Assembly (NCBI RefSeq): GCF_963921235.1
Contig: NC_086097.1
Location: 233,556,001 to 233,620,000, forward strand
Length of the DNA: 64,000 nucleotides
Source: Mobula hypostoma
Taxonomy: Eukaryota
Reading direction: 5' to 3'
This document shows, in pieces, positions 23,660 to 36,889 of this stretch; the first letter of the stretch is position 1; every line of letters begins with the position of its first letter. Below the pieces are notes generated by a model. The model had not been told where the DNA came from. It was given only the letters and a program-made list of their open reading frames with translations, and made no database searches. A program made the position numbers and the translations under genes.

Positions 23660-23795
23660 TAAAAAACACAATGGACAAGATACTGCATGGTACAGAAGCA
23701 GTAAGATAACATGCTAATCGCACAAGAATTGATGGAGAACATCATTAAATACTGGAAGCGTTAAATACTTGTGTCAGTAGATTCTATGAGATGAA
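23660..23795 (+). pseudogene. Fossil Gypsy pol, RT region around the YxDD motif
   Basis: MDKILHGTEAV..DNMLIA..DGEHH resembles the Gypsy MDxILxG..YLDDILV..EEH segment. Confidence 0.6.
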
Positions 23796-23854
23796 TTAGA
23801 ATCAGAGTCACACTTAATATCATGTTGTTAAATTTGTGGGGTGTATGGAGTGTC

Positions 23855-24340
23855 CAGGGTGGGATAGAATCTCTAGTGAAGGGGCTTGTCATGTCCATTT
23901 GGTGCAACTCACCTGCGTATGGTTCCCACTGGACACTAAGCATTACCCATGGCTCCAGGTAGTTGATTGCATGTGACAGCAGTTGTAGCCCGGTACACCA
24001 TTTCGGCAGGTGGGCTAAACCAGCTGAGGATAGATGGTGGCCTCACACCCTGGTGAGATAGAGACGTTCCTGTCAGGTTCAGCGGACTGAGCAGATGAAA
24101 TCTACAGTGAAATCCAACAGCTAGAAAGACGGCACCACAATGCTCTGTGGAGAATGAAGGGCATTTAAGGCATAGGAGATGTCATGGTCATCCACGACAA
24201 CTAAGGAAGACTCCAGTTTGTGGCGCTTGTTCGTACCACTGGACCTGAAGTCGAGAGAGTGGAACTGCCCCAATGCACTGGCTTTTTCCACTTTAAAAAA
24301 CTCTCCCACACAGGTTTCTGTCATTCCTGATGGACAACCA
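23855..24340 (+). mobile_element. Probable non-autonomous RTE-derived element
   Basis: RTE-like 5' UTR content and 3' end GTCAT..GATGGACAACCA; no ORF. Confidence 0.4.
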
Positions 24341-24344
24341 CCCT

Positions 24345-27305
24345 GCTGTAAAATTTGTAGTTATGTGGCAGCAGTACATTGCACTATATAATCATAAAAA
24401 CATTATAAATTACAATAAGAAGTATATTTTACAAATAAATTAAAGCAAATGAAAGCAAAGCAAAAATAAAATAATATAGTGAGGGAGTGTACATGGGATC
24501 ATAGTCCATTCAGAAATCTGATGGTGCTGAGGAAGAAGCTGTTCTAGAAATGTTGGGTGTGTGTCTTCAAGCTCCTGTACGTCCTTGATGATAGCAACAA
24601 GAAGGGGGCATGTCCTGGGTGATGGGGGTCCCTAATGGTGGATGTTGCCTAGCTGAGGCATCACCTTTTGAAGTTGGGGAAGCTAGTGCCCATGTTAGAG
24701 CTGGCTGAGTTCACAATTTTCTGCAGTTTTCCAATCCTCTGCAGTAGTCCCTCTATACCAGATGGTGATGCAGCCAGTTAGAATGCTCTCCAAGGTACAT
24801 CTGTAGAAATTTGTGAGAGTTTTGTGAGACCTACCCTCTATATCCCTACTATCTATGTACCTATTCAAACTTCTCTTCAAAATCAGAATCAGAATCAGGT
24901 TTTTTATCACCGGCATGTGACATGAAATCTGTTAACTTAGCAGCAGCAGTTCAATGCAATACATAATCTAGCAGAGAAATAATAATAACAATAATAATAA
25001 ATAACATTTTAAAAATAATAATAAATAAACAAGTAAATCAATTGCTTATATTGAATAAATTAAAAATATGTGCAAAAACAGAAATACTGTTTATTAAAAA
25101 CAAGTGAGGTAGTGTCCAAAGCTTCTACTTCCATTTAGGAATCAGATGGCAGAGGGGAAGAAGCTGTTTCTGAATTTCTGAGTGTGTCCCTTCAGGCTTC
25201 TGTATCTCCTACCTGATGGTAACAGTGAGAAAAGGGCATGCCCTGGGTGCTGGAGGTCCTTAATATTGAACGCTGCCTTTCTGAGACAACCCTCCCCAAA
25301 GATGTCCTGGGTACTTTGTAGGTTAGTGCTCAAGATGGAGCTGACTAGATTTACAACTTTCTGCAACTTCTTTCAGTCCTGTGCAGTAGCCCCTCCGTAC
25401 CAGATGTTGATGCAGCCTGTCAGAATGCTTTCCATGGTACAACAATAGAAGTTTTTGAGTATATTTGTTGACATGCCATATCTCTTCAAACTCCTAATAA
25501 AGTATAGCCGTTGTCTTGCCTTCCTTATAACTACATCGATACGTTGCGACCAGGTTAGATCCTCAGAGATCTTGACACCCAGGAACTTGCAGCTGCTCAC
25601 TCTCTCCACTTCTGATCCCTCTATGAGGATTAGTATGTGTTCCTTCATCTTATCCTTCCTGAAGTCCACAATCAGCTCTTCCGTCTTACCGGCGTTGCGT
25701 GCCAGGTTGTTCCTGCGGCACCATTCCATTAGTTGGCATATCTTATACGTTGAAATCAAGCTTGCATACACCACTTGTGCTGGCAGCTCATTCCACACCC
25801 TCACAACCTTCTAAGTGAAGATGTTTCCCCTCATGTTCCCCTTAAACTTCTTAATTTTCACCCTCAACTCATGACCTCTGGTTGTACTCCAAACCAACCT
25901 CAGTGGAAAGACCCTGTTTGAATTTACCCTATCTATACCACTCATAATTTTGCATATCTCCATCAAATCTCCTCAATCTTATATGTTCAAAAGAATACAG
26001 TCCTAACCTATTCAATGGGAACTTGTACGATTTTCGTACTTTTGAAGCAGGTGGAAAGTTCTGACTACAGTAGTGAAAGACTGAAGGTGTCCTTGAACAT
26101 TCCTTTCAGTTGGTTGTCACAGAGTTCCACCCGCTTTCTTGAAAGATGTTCTGTCGTAGGCCTCTGAGACAGAGATCACAAGGTCACCAGATGCTACAGG
26201 GATTCGCACAGGTGCAGTTTTATTCACCCCTTCAAAGTATGCAGAAAAGGTGTTGAGCTTATCAGAGAGTAGAACATCATGACCATTCACGATGTTGGTT
26301 TCACTTTGTAGAAAGTAATGGCCTGCAAATGCTGCCAGCACTGACTGGCATCCTATTCTGTCTCTAACTTCAATTGGAATTGATTTTCCCTCTTAAAATA
26401 GCCTTCCATAGGTTGCACTTTGACTTTGTGTGTCGTTCTGGATTACCAATGACCTAGCGCTAAGTAGACAGTAAGTTTCCTGATTCATCTACGGCTTTTG
26501 ACTTTGGTATTTCGGTACGTTCTCAAAAACACAAACTCATCCACACAGGTTTCCATAAAGTTGGTGACAACTGTAGCACATCTATTCAGATTCAAAGATG
26601 AATCTCTGAATGTTACAGAGTAAGCACTCCTCTGCATCCCTTGACCATACTTTCTTAGTCCTCATCACTGGTGTTACAGTTGTTAGTCTTTATCTGCTCA
26701 CCTAGAGTAGAAGTACAGCAAGGAGATCATTTTTTCCAAAGAGCAGGTGTGGGATGGCATGGTAGGCATTCTTGATGATGGTATAATAGTGGTCAAGTGT
26801 GTTGGCTCCTCTGCTTCCACAGGTGATATGTTGGTAGTAGTTGTTCAAAGACTTGTTCAATCTGGCCTGATTGAAATCCCTCACAATGATAGGGAAGGCA
26901 TCAGTGTGCGTTGTTTCTTGACTGCTGATCATGGTCCTCAGCTCCTCCAGTGCCTGCCTGATGTTGGCCTGAGGAGGAATGTACTTTGCTACCAGGATGA
27001 CGGGAGAAATATTTCTCGGCAGATATAATGAACAACACTTGACCACTAGATGTTGCAGTTCATGTGAGCAGTATTGAGACAGACCTTCATGTTTGCAGAC
27101 CACAATGAGTTAATGATGAAGCATAATCCACCACCTGTTAAAAAGACTCAGCTGTCCTGTCATTATAGTGGATGGTGAAACCCTCAAGCTGCAGAGCTGC
27201 ATTCAAGATGGTGGGGGTGAGCCATGTTTCCATGAAGCAAAGTACACAGCAGTCCCTGATGTCCCTTTGGTACTGAAATCACTACCTGATGTCCTTCTGG
27301 TACTG
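24345..27305 (-). mobile_element. Nested Rex1/Babar cluster: an older copy with EN region (26000-27300), a CR1 fragment (24830-24880 plus 25742-26015), and a younger Rex1 (24882-25741) inside the CR1
   Basis: EN motifs YIPPQAN, DFNQ, RGANTLDHYY; C-terminal KARQRLYFIRSLK and PSGRRYRS; (GATTCT)n tail at 24882-24898. Confidence 0.85.
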
Positions 27306-27311
27306 CCACCT

Positions 27312-28011
27312 AGCATCTTTGTTTGAATACTCTGAAATTACATGTATGTTGAAGTTTGCAAGTGATAATTGAATTATAAATTGGGAACTGTGTTTGCTCT
27401 TGTAATGGATAATAACTGAGAAAAAAATCACACTTGCATCATGTTTGTTGGCAAAAATTAAGAGAGGTTATGATTAAACTGACAAAGAAACATTAGAAGT
27501 GCCTTGAGCTGCCTGTGAAATTGGTGAGTGTGGGTTTGATTTCAATATTTATGATAAGTTTGGGTAAGTATATGGATGGGAGGTGTATGGAGGGCTATGG
27601 TCCAGATGTAGGTAGATGAATCTAGAGAGAATAAACATTCATCATGGACTAGATGGACCAAAAGCCTATTTCTGTTCTGTAGTGCTCTATGAATCTTAAC
27701 TATTTTTGACAAGCCTCTTACCATGGATCTGGACCCCAAGCCTTTATTAGGAATGCTTATAGTCCCCATGACAGGAATGGAAAGGTGACCCATTTGTCTT
27801 TTCACTATAATTATGTTATTAGATATTAAAGTTTTAAGCAGTTTTATTAGAAATGTATTGTCAAAGTTACCATATGAAAATTCAAATACAGAGAGTGAAA
27901 AAAATCTTCACATTGAATATGTAGGTAATAATTTTATTCGAGTTGCACATTGAATATTCTGACATTGTGTAAAGGATGTCAATAGCCAGAAGTTTTGTTT
28001 ATTGGCCAGGA
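27312..28011 (+). pseudogene. Fossil Gypsy pol: RNase H and first half of the integrase zinc finger (CR1 remnant at ~27545-27695 inside)
   Basis: LKFASD..KLGTVFALVMDN..ITLAS..DKETL; DPKPLLGML..YNYVIRY..LSKLP; ELHIEYSDIV*RMSIARSFVYWPG at 27940-28011. Confidence 0.78.
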
Positions 28012-28527
28012 TTAGATAGGTAGATAGCTAGATAGATAATTTATTGATGCCAAAAGAAATTGTAGTGTCACAGTAGCATTACAAGTGTACAGATATACAA
28101 ATATATAAATATTAGAAGAGAAGTAAGAAAGAATAAAAAATAGTTACCTCAAAGCGTCTGATAGGAGGGGTCATCACTTCCACGGCTACAGGTTGACTCA
28201 TTATGGAGCCTAATGGCCGAGGGTAAGAATGAACTCATATAGCGCTCTTTGGAGCAGCACAGTTGTCTTAGTCTATTACTAAAAGTATTCCTCTGTTCAG
28301 TCAAGGTGGCATGCAGAGGGTGAGAAACATTGTCCAGCATTGTCAGGTTTTTCCATAGGGTCCTTTGTTCTACCACAGCCTCTGGCGTGTCAGTTTGACA
28401 ATGTTGATGCCATTGTCCCAGGACACTACTGCATAGAAGATTGTACTGGTGACAACACACTGGTAGAATATGTGAAATATGTGAAGGAGAGGCCTGCATA
28501 CTCTATAGGACCTCAATCTCCCCAGGA
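28012..28527 (-). mobile_element. Rex1/Babar 3' fragment splitting the Gypsy integrase
   Basis: YFLGRLRS..IFYAVVSW..FSNRLRQLCCSKERYMSSFLPSAIRL; (ATCT)n tail. Confidence 0.85.
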
Positions 28528-29760
28528 AGTAAATAAACATCTTGAAGACCCAAAAGGTCAGTGTACCTGTCAAGATGCAAGGTGAAGCCAGAATTCTTTT
28601 ACACAGTTGAAGATCAAACAAATCTAGTCCAAAATGGTACATTTGGATTATGTTGAAAAGTGGATTGAAAATTTCCCAGTATGTCGTTCAAAATATTGAT
28701 GACAGCACTTTGAGAGAATACTGTCAAAAAGTCTTTTTTGTTAGGTGCATGGAGCTCATAAAAATAGAGGGCTATGGGTAACCCTAGGTAATTTCTAAAG
28801 TAAGTACATGTTCGGCACAGCATTGTGGGCTGAAGGGCCTGTATTGTGCTGTAGGTTTTCTATGTTTCTTTGTTTCTATGTTTAACTAAGATGTCGAAGG
28901 GTCTCGGATGGAAACGTCAATTGTACTTTTTTCCATAGATGCTGCCTGGCCTGCTGAGTTCCTCCAGAATTTTGTGTGTGTTGCTTGGATTCCCAGCATC
29001 TGAAGATTTTTTTTTTTTGTTTAAGATGACATGTTATGGTTTACAGGAAAGTTATGTTCCTGAGTTTTGTTCATTTCCATTTGAGTGGTTTGTGAAAGAA
29101 AATTATATTAAGGACAAACTTATTTCACCATCTGGTTTGGCATTAAGTACTATGACTGAGAGATCAGTGACAATTGTCAAAGAATCACTACAACAACCAA
29201 ATACTACAAGCCTGCCTGAACCTGGTGATGAATTATGACTTGACAAACTTCTTGACGAACTGGAAAATAATATTTCACAATAAGTTATATTCCTGCTAAT
29301 GTGTAGAAAGCTCAGAATATGATTCAGAGTTCAGTCATATTCTGAGAGTGGAAGAGGGGTAGTTGAGAAAGAAATTATATTACTACTCAATTCAAGCAAA
29401 GGAACATTTTAATGAACATTCCACAGTTAGTATATCAACACCATCTAGCAAATGTGACACTTGAAAAGAGATGTTAGAATGATTGTTGAACTGTGCACAG
29501 CAAATAGTTACTTGAAGGAAATATGAGAACAATTCTAAGTGTACCCATAAATCAATTGATTCCTGCAAAGGATATACAAAGAATATAGCACTTATACTCT
29601 GTGAATATATTTCTGAGGTTGACCCAATGGGGCAATGGAAGAAATGACACAAGATTCTATTGAATTTACTCAAACAGAGACACTCTCACCAAATGAATAC
29701 AATGCCAATGACATTGACAAAGGGATAAATCAAAATAACTTCAAAAACCTGTGAAAAGAT
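28528..29760 (+). pseudogene. Fossil Gypsy integrase (CR1 and Penelope remnants at ~28740-29020 inside); 3' limit uncertain
   Basis: NKHLEDPKGQCTCQ..MVHLDY; YGLQE..PEFCSFPFEWFVKENYI..ERSVTIVKESL. Confidence 0.72.
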
Positions 29761-29948
29761 CATGTTTGTAAATAGTGAATTATTCATTTTTTTTAAAAGG
29801 GAAAAGCAATGTGGCACCTGTAAATTCTTGAGTGAAAGTGATCATACGGTAATCACACACACAATTCTGATTTTGCTTTCATGGTCTATCCAGTTTAGTC
29901 CATTTGCTCCGACAGATGCAAGTTCAATATGTTAAAAAATATGAAGTT

Positions 29949-30070
29949 CTTCCTCTCTTTTTCTTCTTCCTCTTCTTGTTTTACAGTGGTTGGCACCCAG
30001 CTTAATGGTGCATTACCGCCACCTTCTGCTCCAGAGTGTATAATAGACTTACATTCTAAATCCCTTCACC

Positions 30071-30123
<53 letters not shown>

Positions 30124-30224
30124 ACACACACACACACAAACTAACCTACACTTCACCTCCCATCTTTGGCCATCGTAGTACCCTATTCTTGCTTATCCAT
30201 CATATCCTATAAAAAACCACTGTC
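29949..30224 (-). mobile_element. Nimb/I-clade LINE 3' end with 13-bp TSD
   Basis: Sense 3' end GGTGGCGGTAATGCACC..TGCCAACC..(GAA)n; TSD AAAATATGAAGTT 29936-29948 / 30225-30237. Confidence 0.75.
30074..30138. repeat. Compound (TC)n(CA)n microsatellite
   Basis: Read directly. Confidence 0.98.
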
Positions 30225-30414
30225 AAAATATGAAGTTATATTCTTCTGAACTCCCTAGTACCTGGATTGAAAGATTCTGCCTCAAACATGTTTATTTTTA
30301 TTCTCATTTAATTATATGCAAATGATGCAATTAGAGCTTTTCATGCAAGTGAAATTATTTGCATACATGCACAGTATTTGTATTCAGGCAGAGCTAAGTA
30401 AGCTAAATGCACGG

Positions 30415-31207
30415 TTTTACCTCCCCCCTCTCTCTGCTTTCCATAGGGATTGCTCCCTTCATGATTCGCTTGTTCATTCATCCCTCCCCACTAATCTCCT
30501 TCCCTGCTGGTGGCCTAAGTGCTCCATCTGCCCGTTCACCTCATTCAGGGGCCCAAACAGTCTGTTCAGGTGAGGCAGCACTTCACCTGCAAATCTGATG
30601 GGGGTCCAGTGCTCCTGACAGAGCATCCTCCACATTGGTGAGAACCATGGTAAATTGGGGTCTGCTTCATCGAGCACCTCTACTGTATCTGCCAAAGGCA
30701 GAACCTCCCGGTAGCCAAACATTTGAATTCTAATTCCCATTCCTGTTCTGACATGTTGGTCCATAGTGTTACTTATGCCACAGTGAAGCCACTCATGGAA
30801 TGAAGGAGCAACACCTTATATTCCATATGGATAGCCACTAACTTCATGGCATGAATATCGATACCTCCTTCTCCCCCCTTCTCCTATTCCCCACTGTGGC
30901 CTCTCACCTCGTCTTACCAGCCTATAACCTCCCCCCGGGTCCTCCCACTTTCTCTTTCTCCCATGGTCCACTCTCCTCTCCAACCAGATTCCTTCTCCTC
31001 TAGCCATTCCCCTTTTTTACTCACCTGGCTTTCCCTATCACCTTCTAGCTATCCCCCTTCCCCTCCCCTCACCTTTTCATCTGGCATTCTTCCCCTTTCC
31101 TTTCCAGTCCTGAAGCAGGGTCTCGGCCCATAAACGTCGACCCTTTATTCATTTCTGTAGATGTTGCCCAACCCGCTGAATTCCTCCAGCATTTTGTGTG
31201 TGTTGCA
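30415..31207 (+). mobile_element. Decayed Penelope-like 3' part with hammerhead remnant at ~31106
   Basis: Colinear with 53640-54550. Confidence 0.85.
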
Positions 31208-31280
31208 CATAACCTAACAGCTTTCTTCTCCTTGTGCACTCTGCTTATTCTGAATTGCTTGAGTTTGAAATGACAGAAAC

Positions 31281-31281
<1 letters not shown>

Positions 31282-31331
<50 letters not shown>

Positions 31332-31332
31332 G
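31282..31332. repeat. (CA)n microsatellite
   Basis: Read directly. Confidence 0.98.
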
Positions 31333-31344
31333 CTAGTCTATACA

Positions 31345-31772
31345 CAGAAATAAGACGAGAAGACACAAAAGCAGAATCAGCCCATCAGGTCTGCTCTGTC
31401 ATTTCATCATGGCTGATCCATTTTCCCTTTCAGCCCTTTTCATCTGCCTTCCCTCACAAACTTTCATGTCCTGATTACAAGAACCTATCAACCTCCATCT
31501 TAAATATACTAAAGGACCAGGCCTCCATGGCAACTTGTGACAAGAAATTACACAGATTCACCACCCTCTGGCTAAAGAAATTCTTCTTCACCTCCATTCT
31601 AAATGGTCATCCCTCTATTCTGAGGCTACGCCCTCTGGTCCTAGACTCACCCACTATCAGAATCATCCTCTCCACATCCACTCGATATAGGCCTTTCAAC
31701 ACTCAATAGCTTGCAATGAGATCCCCCCTCATTCTTCTAAATTTCAGTGAGCACAGGCCCAGAGCCGTCAAA
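31345..31772 (-). mobile_element. CR1 3' fragment
   Basis: LGLCSLKFRRMRGDLI and a CR1 3' UTR. Confidence 0.85.
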
Positions 31773-32504
31773 TGAGACAAAACCTGACAAAAGAATACAA
31801 GCAATTCTTTCAGCATCTCTGATGATGAGTGTTCTAGTATTGTAGAAAATTTAATATGTTGTCTGTTGAAGCATGGGCAATTATATTTCATATGATTGAA
31901 AATGGCTTTGTACTCATCGGCTTTCAGTGGAGTCACCAACTCTGTTTTGTGAACTGACCCACATCTCTGATTTCAGCTATGTACTTATTTGCAGCCTGAA
32001 TGCAGTATGTGTTTGTTCTATACAAAAGTCTATAAATTGTCAATCTGATGTAATATTATCTTGTGTGAAGAGAATGGATTTGGCTCAGTGAGGGAAGAAA
32101 TTCAATTCAAGGACAAGCTAACACAGATCAGTTTTGCATGCTTTCAACCTGCTTTATACTGGTCAATTAAAATTGTCAGAGTTTGAAATGTTCTCTAGCT
32201 GCATAAGTGGAATCTGCATAATTATCTGCATAGACTGGAACCTAAGAAGAGAGCCGTCAGTAGCAACACAGCATGGAAAGTTGAGGTTGGTCGCTATTTT
32301 GTTTGCCAAATACATCTATCAATTCATACATACACCCAACCTCCTGTAGCTAATAAAATGGCCGCTGGGCGTGTGTTTGTCGCCTTCTGCTCCTGTAGCC
32401 CATCCACTTCAAGTTTCAATGTGTTGTGTGTTCAGAGATGCTCTTCTGCACAGCATGGTTATTTGAAATGCTATTACCTTACTGTCAGCTTGAAACAGTC
32501 TGAC

Positions 32505-33392
32505 CAAGATTGCGGGAGTAGTGGACAGTGAGGAGGGTTATCATGGCTTGTAGAGGGATCTGGATCAGCTGGAAAAATGAGCAGAACAATGGCAGATGGA
32601 ATTTAATGCAGACAAGTGCAAGGTTTTGCACTTTGGTAGGGCAAACCAGTGAATGGTAGGACACCGAGGAGTACGGTAAAACAAAGGGATCTGGGACCAC
32701 AGGCACGTAATTCGTTGAAAGTGTCGTCACAGGTAGATGGGGTCGTAAAGAAAGCTTTTGGCACATTAGCCTTCATAAATCAATGTATTGAGTACAAGAG
32801 ATGAGATATTATGTTGAATCTGTATAAGACATTGGTGAAGCCTAATATGGAGTATTGTGTGCAGTTTTGGTCAGCTATCTACAGGAAAGATGTAAGCAAG
32901 GTTTTCAGAGTGCCAGGAAAATTTACATAGATGTTGCTAGGTCTGGAGGACCTGAGTTATAAGGAAAGATTGAATAGGTTTGCACTCTATTTTTTAAAAT
33001 GTAGAAGATTGAGAGGAGATTTGATAAAGGTAAACAAAATTATAAGGGGTATAGATAGAGTAAATGCAAGCAGGCTTTTTCCACTGAGGTTGGGTAGGAC
33101 TACAACCAGACATCATGGGTTAAGGGTGAAAGGTGAGAAGTTTAAGGGAAGCGTGAGGAGAAATTTCTGTACTCTGAGGCTGTGAGAGTGTGGAATGAGC
33201 TGCCATTACAAGTGGTCCAGGTGAGCTCAATTTCTCTTTGAAGTGAAGTTTGGATAGTACATGGATGGTAGGGGTAAGGAGGGTTATGATCCCAGTGCAG
33301 GTCATTGAGAGTAGGCAGTTTAAATGGTTTCTGGCATGGACTCGATGGGCCGAGGGGCCTGCTTCTGTGCTGTACTTCTCTGTCACTCTATG
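32505..33392 (+). mobile_element. CR1 3' part, decayed
   Basis: LSYKERLNR..RRLRGDLIKVNKIIRGIDRV and a 3' UTR hairpin. Confidence 0.88.
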
Positions 33393-33549
33393 ACCATACA
33401 CCTCTGACCGCTCTCATTAACAGGGCATTCTCACCCACAGAACTCCCACTCACTGGATGTCCAAGCAACACACACAAAGGGAGCAGGCCAGGGAGCATCT
33501 ATGGACAAGAGTATGGTCGATGTTTTGGGCTGAGACCCTTCATCAGGTA

Positions 33550-34040
33550 CTGATGTTGGCCCAGTACATCACAGGTAAAACCCTCCCAACTATTGTGCAC
33601 ATCTACGTGAAATGCTGTTGCAGGAAAGCAGCATTCATCATCAGGGACGCCCACCACCTATGTTATGCTCTTTTCTCGCTACTGCCATCAGGTAGAAGAT
33701 ACAAGATTCTCAGGACTCACACCACCAGGTTCAAGTACAGTTGCTACCCCTTGACCAACAAGGTATTGAGCAAAAAGGGATAACTACACTCTACTTCACT
33801 TGTAATGTTCCCACAACCAATTATCTCACTTTGAAGGACTCTTCACCTCATTGTCTTGTTAATTATTGCTATTTATTTATATTTGCATCTGCATGCGTTA
33901 TTGTCTTCTGCACTCTGGTTGACCTATCTTTGATCCTATAGAATAGTTACTATTCTATAGATTTACTGAGTATGCCCACAAGAAAATGCAACTCAGGGTT
34001 GTATATGTAATTTGAAAATAAAATTTATTTTGAACTTTGG
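33550..34040 (+). mobile_element. Rex1/Babar 3' fragment
   Basis: LFSLLPSGRRYKILRTHTTRFKYS; similar to 12215-12772. Confidence 0.8.
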
Positions 34041-34764
34041 ACTAAATATTTGTATCAACAAGCCCATGTAGTAGTGTACCTAGTAATGTAGACATTGAGT
34101 ATATTCACATGTTATATCTATCTGTCAGATATCTGCAGAAAATGTACTGTCTATAAATTTGAGAACAGTTATGCCAGCATCAGTACAGAGCACTGCCTTC
34201 AGGAATCAAGTTGTTACATTATGAACAACAGCCTTTTTAGTTTACATGCTCTTTTACGGTGTTGAATTGGCTACTGAGAGCAACAAAGAATGCGGATAAT
34301 GGAAGCTAAAGTTGAAGCCTAAGTGAACCATCAATATTTATTGTACCTCTCAAATGAACTACTGAACGGCCTTGGCTACAGTGCAGTCACACGTCAGACA
34401 ATAAGTTTCACTATTACGCTTCAGACGGTGATCATGAATGACTGCGCGTGGGAAAGAATAAACTGCACAAAGAACAAAGGATTACAAGTAGCTTCTATCC
34501 CACGACAAAACAGTGTCATTGATCATTACAAACTTGGCCCTTGGGCGCAGTGCCATAAACAAGGACGGTAGCTAAAACTATAAGCTTGGATAAGGAGTTG
34601 GGTATGCAATCAGTCACACCAAATGGAGCAACGATCAAATAAACTCTTGCTTCTGATTAAATGAGAAAATAAATAAACATAATTGAGGTAAAACTGTCCT
34701 TAGATAGGTAATAGAGAGTTCAGAAAAAAAGTAACTTCATACTTTTAATGTATTTTAGAACACA

Positions 34765-35085
34765 TGTTAATGTACTAAGAGGCTTATATAGAGTGGAAGT
34801 GAAGAGGATGATAGAGTGGGGAAGTCTACGACCAGAGGGCACAGCTTCAGAATACAAAGACAAGACAAGAAAGATGAGGAATTTCTTTAGCCAGAGGGGA
34901 ATGAATCTGTGGAATTCATTGCCACAGACAGCTGTGGAGGCCAAGTCATTGGTAATATTTAAAGTGGAGGTTGACATGTTCTTGATTAGTAAGGGTGCCA
35001 AAGGTTGCAGGACAAATACAGGGGAAAGGGGTTGAGAGGGATGAATTCTGAGGAGAGTAAAAGAACGGACTGATGCTGAAATGGG
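34765..35085 (+). mobile_element. CR1 3' fragment
   Basis: MRNFFSQRGMNLWNSLPQTAVEAKSL. Confidence 0.8.
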
Positions 35086-36760
35086 ATTGGGGATTCTTAA
35101 TGCTAGTTTCACACTTTAATTATCTTTTCTGGTATCCCAAAATGGTTAGGTTATATGCAGGTGGACTCCTCCTTTGTTTTTCCCTTTATCTTCTGCTTTT
35201 TGTCTTGCTCATCATGTCAGCCAAAAGCAAGCGTTGTTTCCTGATTTTGGTATATCATGCAAGTTGATAAGCATGGTTGGAGGAATAGCAGAGCACCACA
35301 AATCCCCTTCTTCCAGTGCTGACTGAAGGGTCCCAGACCTACAATTTAACTGTGCATCTTTCCACAGAGGCTGCTTCTCCTGCCGACCTGTTTCCAGGAT
35401 CTATTTTTATTTTATATTTCTGGCATCTGCAGACTTTTGATATTCTACCACAAATTGGCTGGGTGTAACGTTGCGGGTTAGAAGGACTGATCCTGTGCTG
35501 TTCCTCAGGCTGGTGGTGCAGGGTCTAAGGTTCCTTTCCCTCCTTCCCAAAGGCAGCAATGAGAAGAGAGCACGGCCTGGATGGTGGTGGTCCTTGTAGA
35601 TGGACGCTGCTTTCCTGTGGCAGTGCTCCTTGCAGATGTGCTCAATTGTAGGGAGGTTGTAGAAACCATATGTTTGCATTGAAGATACCTCAATAAGTGA
35701 GAGAAAAGGGAAATTAAGAAAGGAGGGTATAGGGGCTCCTATCAAAAGTCTACATCTCAGGGTGCATGTCATCTTCCTTCATCTTCAATGTCAACTAAGC
35801 TGTCTGAAACTTCCCAGTGGAGGGAATCAGAAACATTCAACAATTATAAAGAATAAAGAATTAAATGAAAATAAAGGTAGGCATTAGATTATGAGAACAC
35901 TCAGTCCTCTTTTATTGTCATTTAGAAATGCATGCATGCATTAAGAAATGATACAATGTTCCTCATTTTACTCCTTATACATTTTATTCATTTTATACAT
36001 TAAAGTATGGATATGGAATAAAGTGTGCATAATTATCAGCACATTATTAATAAAATTATTTTAAAGTATTTACAGTTCAGCATAGTGATGAGGGTAATAG
36101 ATAGAAGGGGTGGGGTGGGAACACTTACTAGAATGCTTTGGATTATCATTACAAATTAAAATATACCACTGAGTCAATCAACAATCTGATTATTTTAAAA
36201 GTTAGAGTTGCCTTGAAATGCAGAATTAAAGCAAAGCCTTTTATTTTTGATGCACTAATGAACTATTCTACAAATAATACACAGAACGAATCTTATTATG
36301 AAGTTAGTTGAATATATTTGTTTCTCTCCTGTAGTATTTATTCCCTATATCCTGGATTTGGTTCAAAGGTTTCAATTCCTTATCTAGCATAATTTTTTAA
36401 AATTATATTTCCGTCCTGCAAGTCAAAATTGCTGTGAGGTTCTCTGTAGGTATTCTGACATATTCACATCTGATTTAAATATTAACAAAGTTTCAGATTT
36501 TCGAATGGAAGAAAGATTGTGATAAATTGGTTTGTTGGGGCATGCATTTGAAGCAGTAACTTTTTTACAGTACTATCTTTCATAACTCCCATTCCAGTGT
36601 AAGTAAAAATTAACAATAATATGGACAAAAGAGAGACTGCTCAGAATATTGAGCTACAAAAGTTTACCAACAGTGAGGAGTCTCCAACATTAAATTAGGG
36701 GAAAACTTTCTCAGAGGTCAGATTGGATCCAGCACAAGGAAGAAGCATAAATTATGCATA

Positions 36761-36889
36761 AACAGAAAATTCTCTGCAGATGCTTGGGTCAGAGCAACAC
36801 GCACAACATGCTGGAGGAACTCAGCAGGTCGGGCAGCATCCATGGAAATGAACAATCAATGTTTTGGGCCGAGACCCTTCGTCAGGACT
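36761..36889 (-). mobile_element. Short Penelope unit (hammerhead plus tail), flanked by CATAAAC on both sides
   Basis: Sense AGTCCTGACGAAGGGTCTCGGCCCAAAACATTGATT..GCATCTGCAGAG. Confidence 0.85.
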
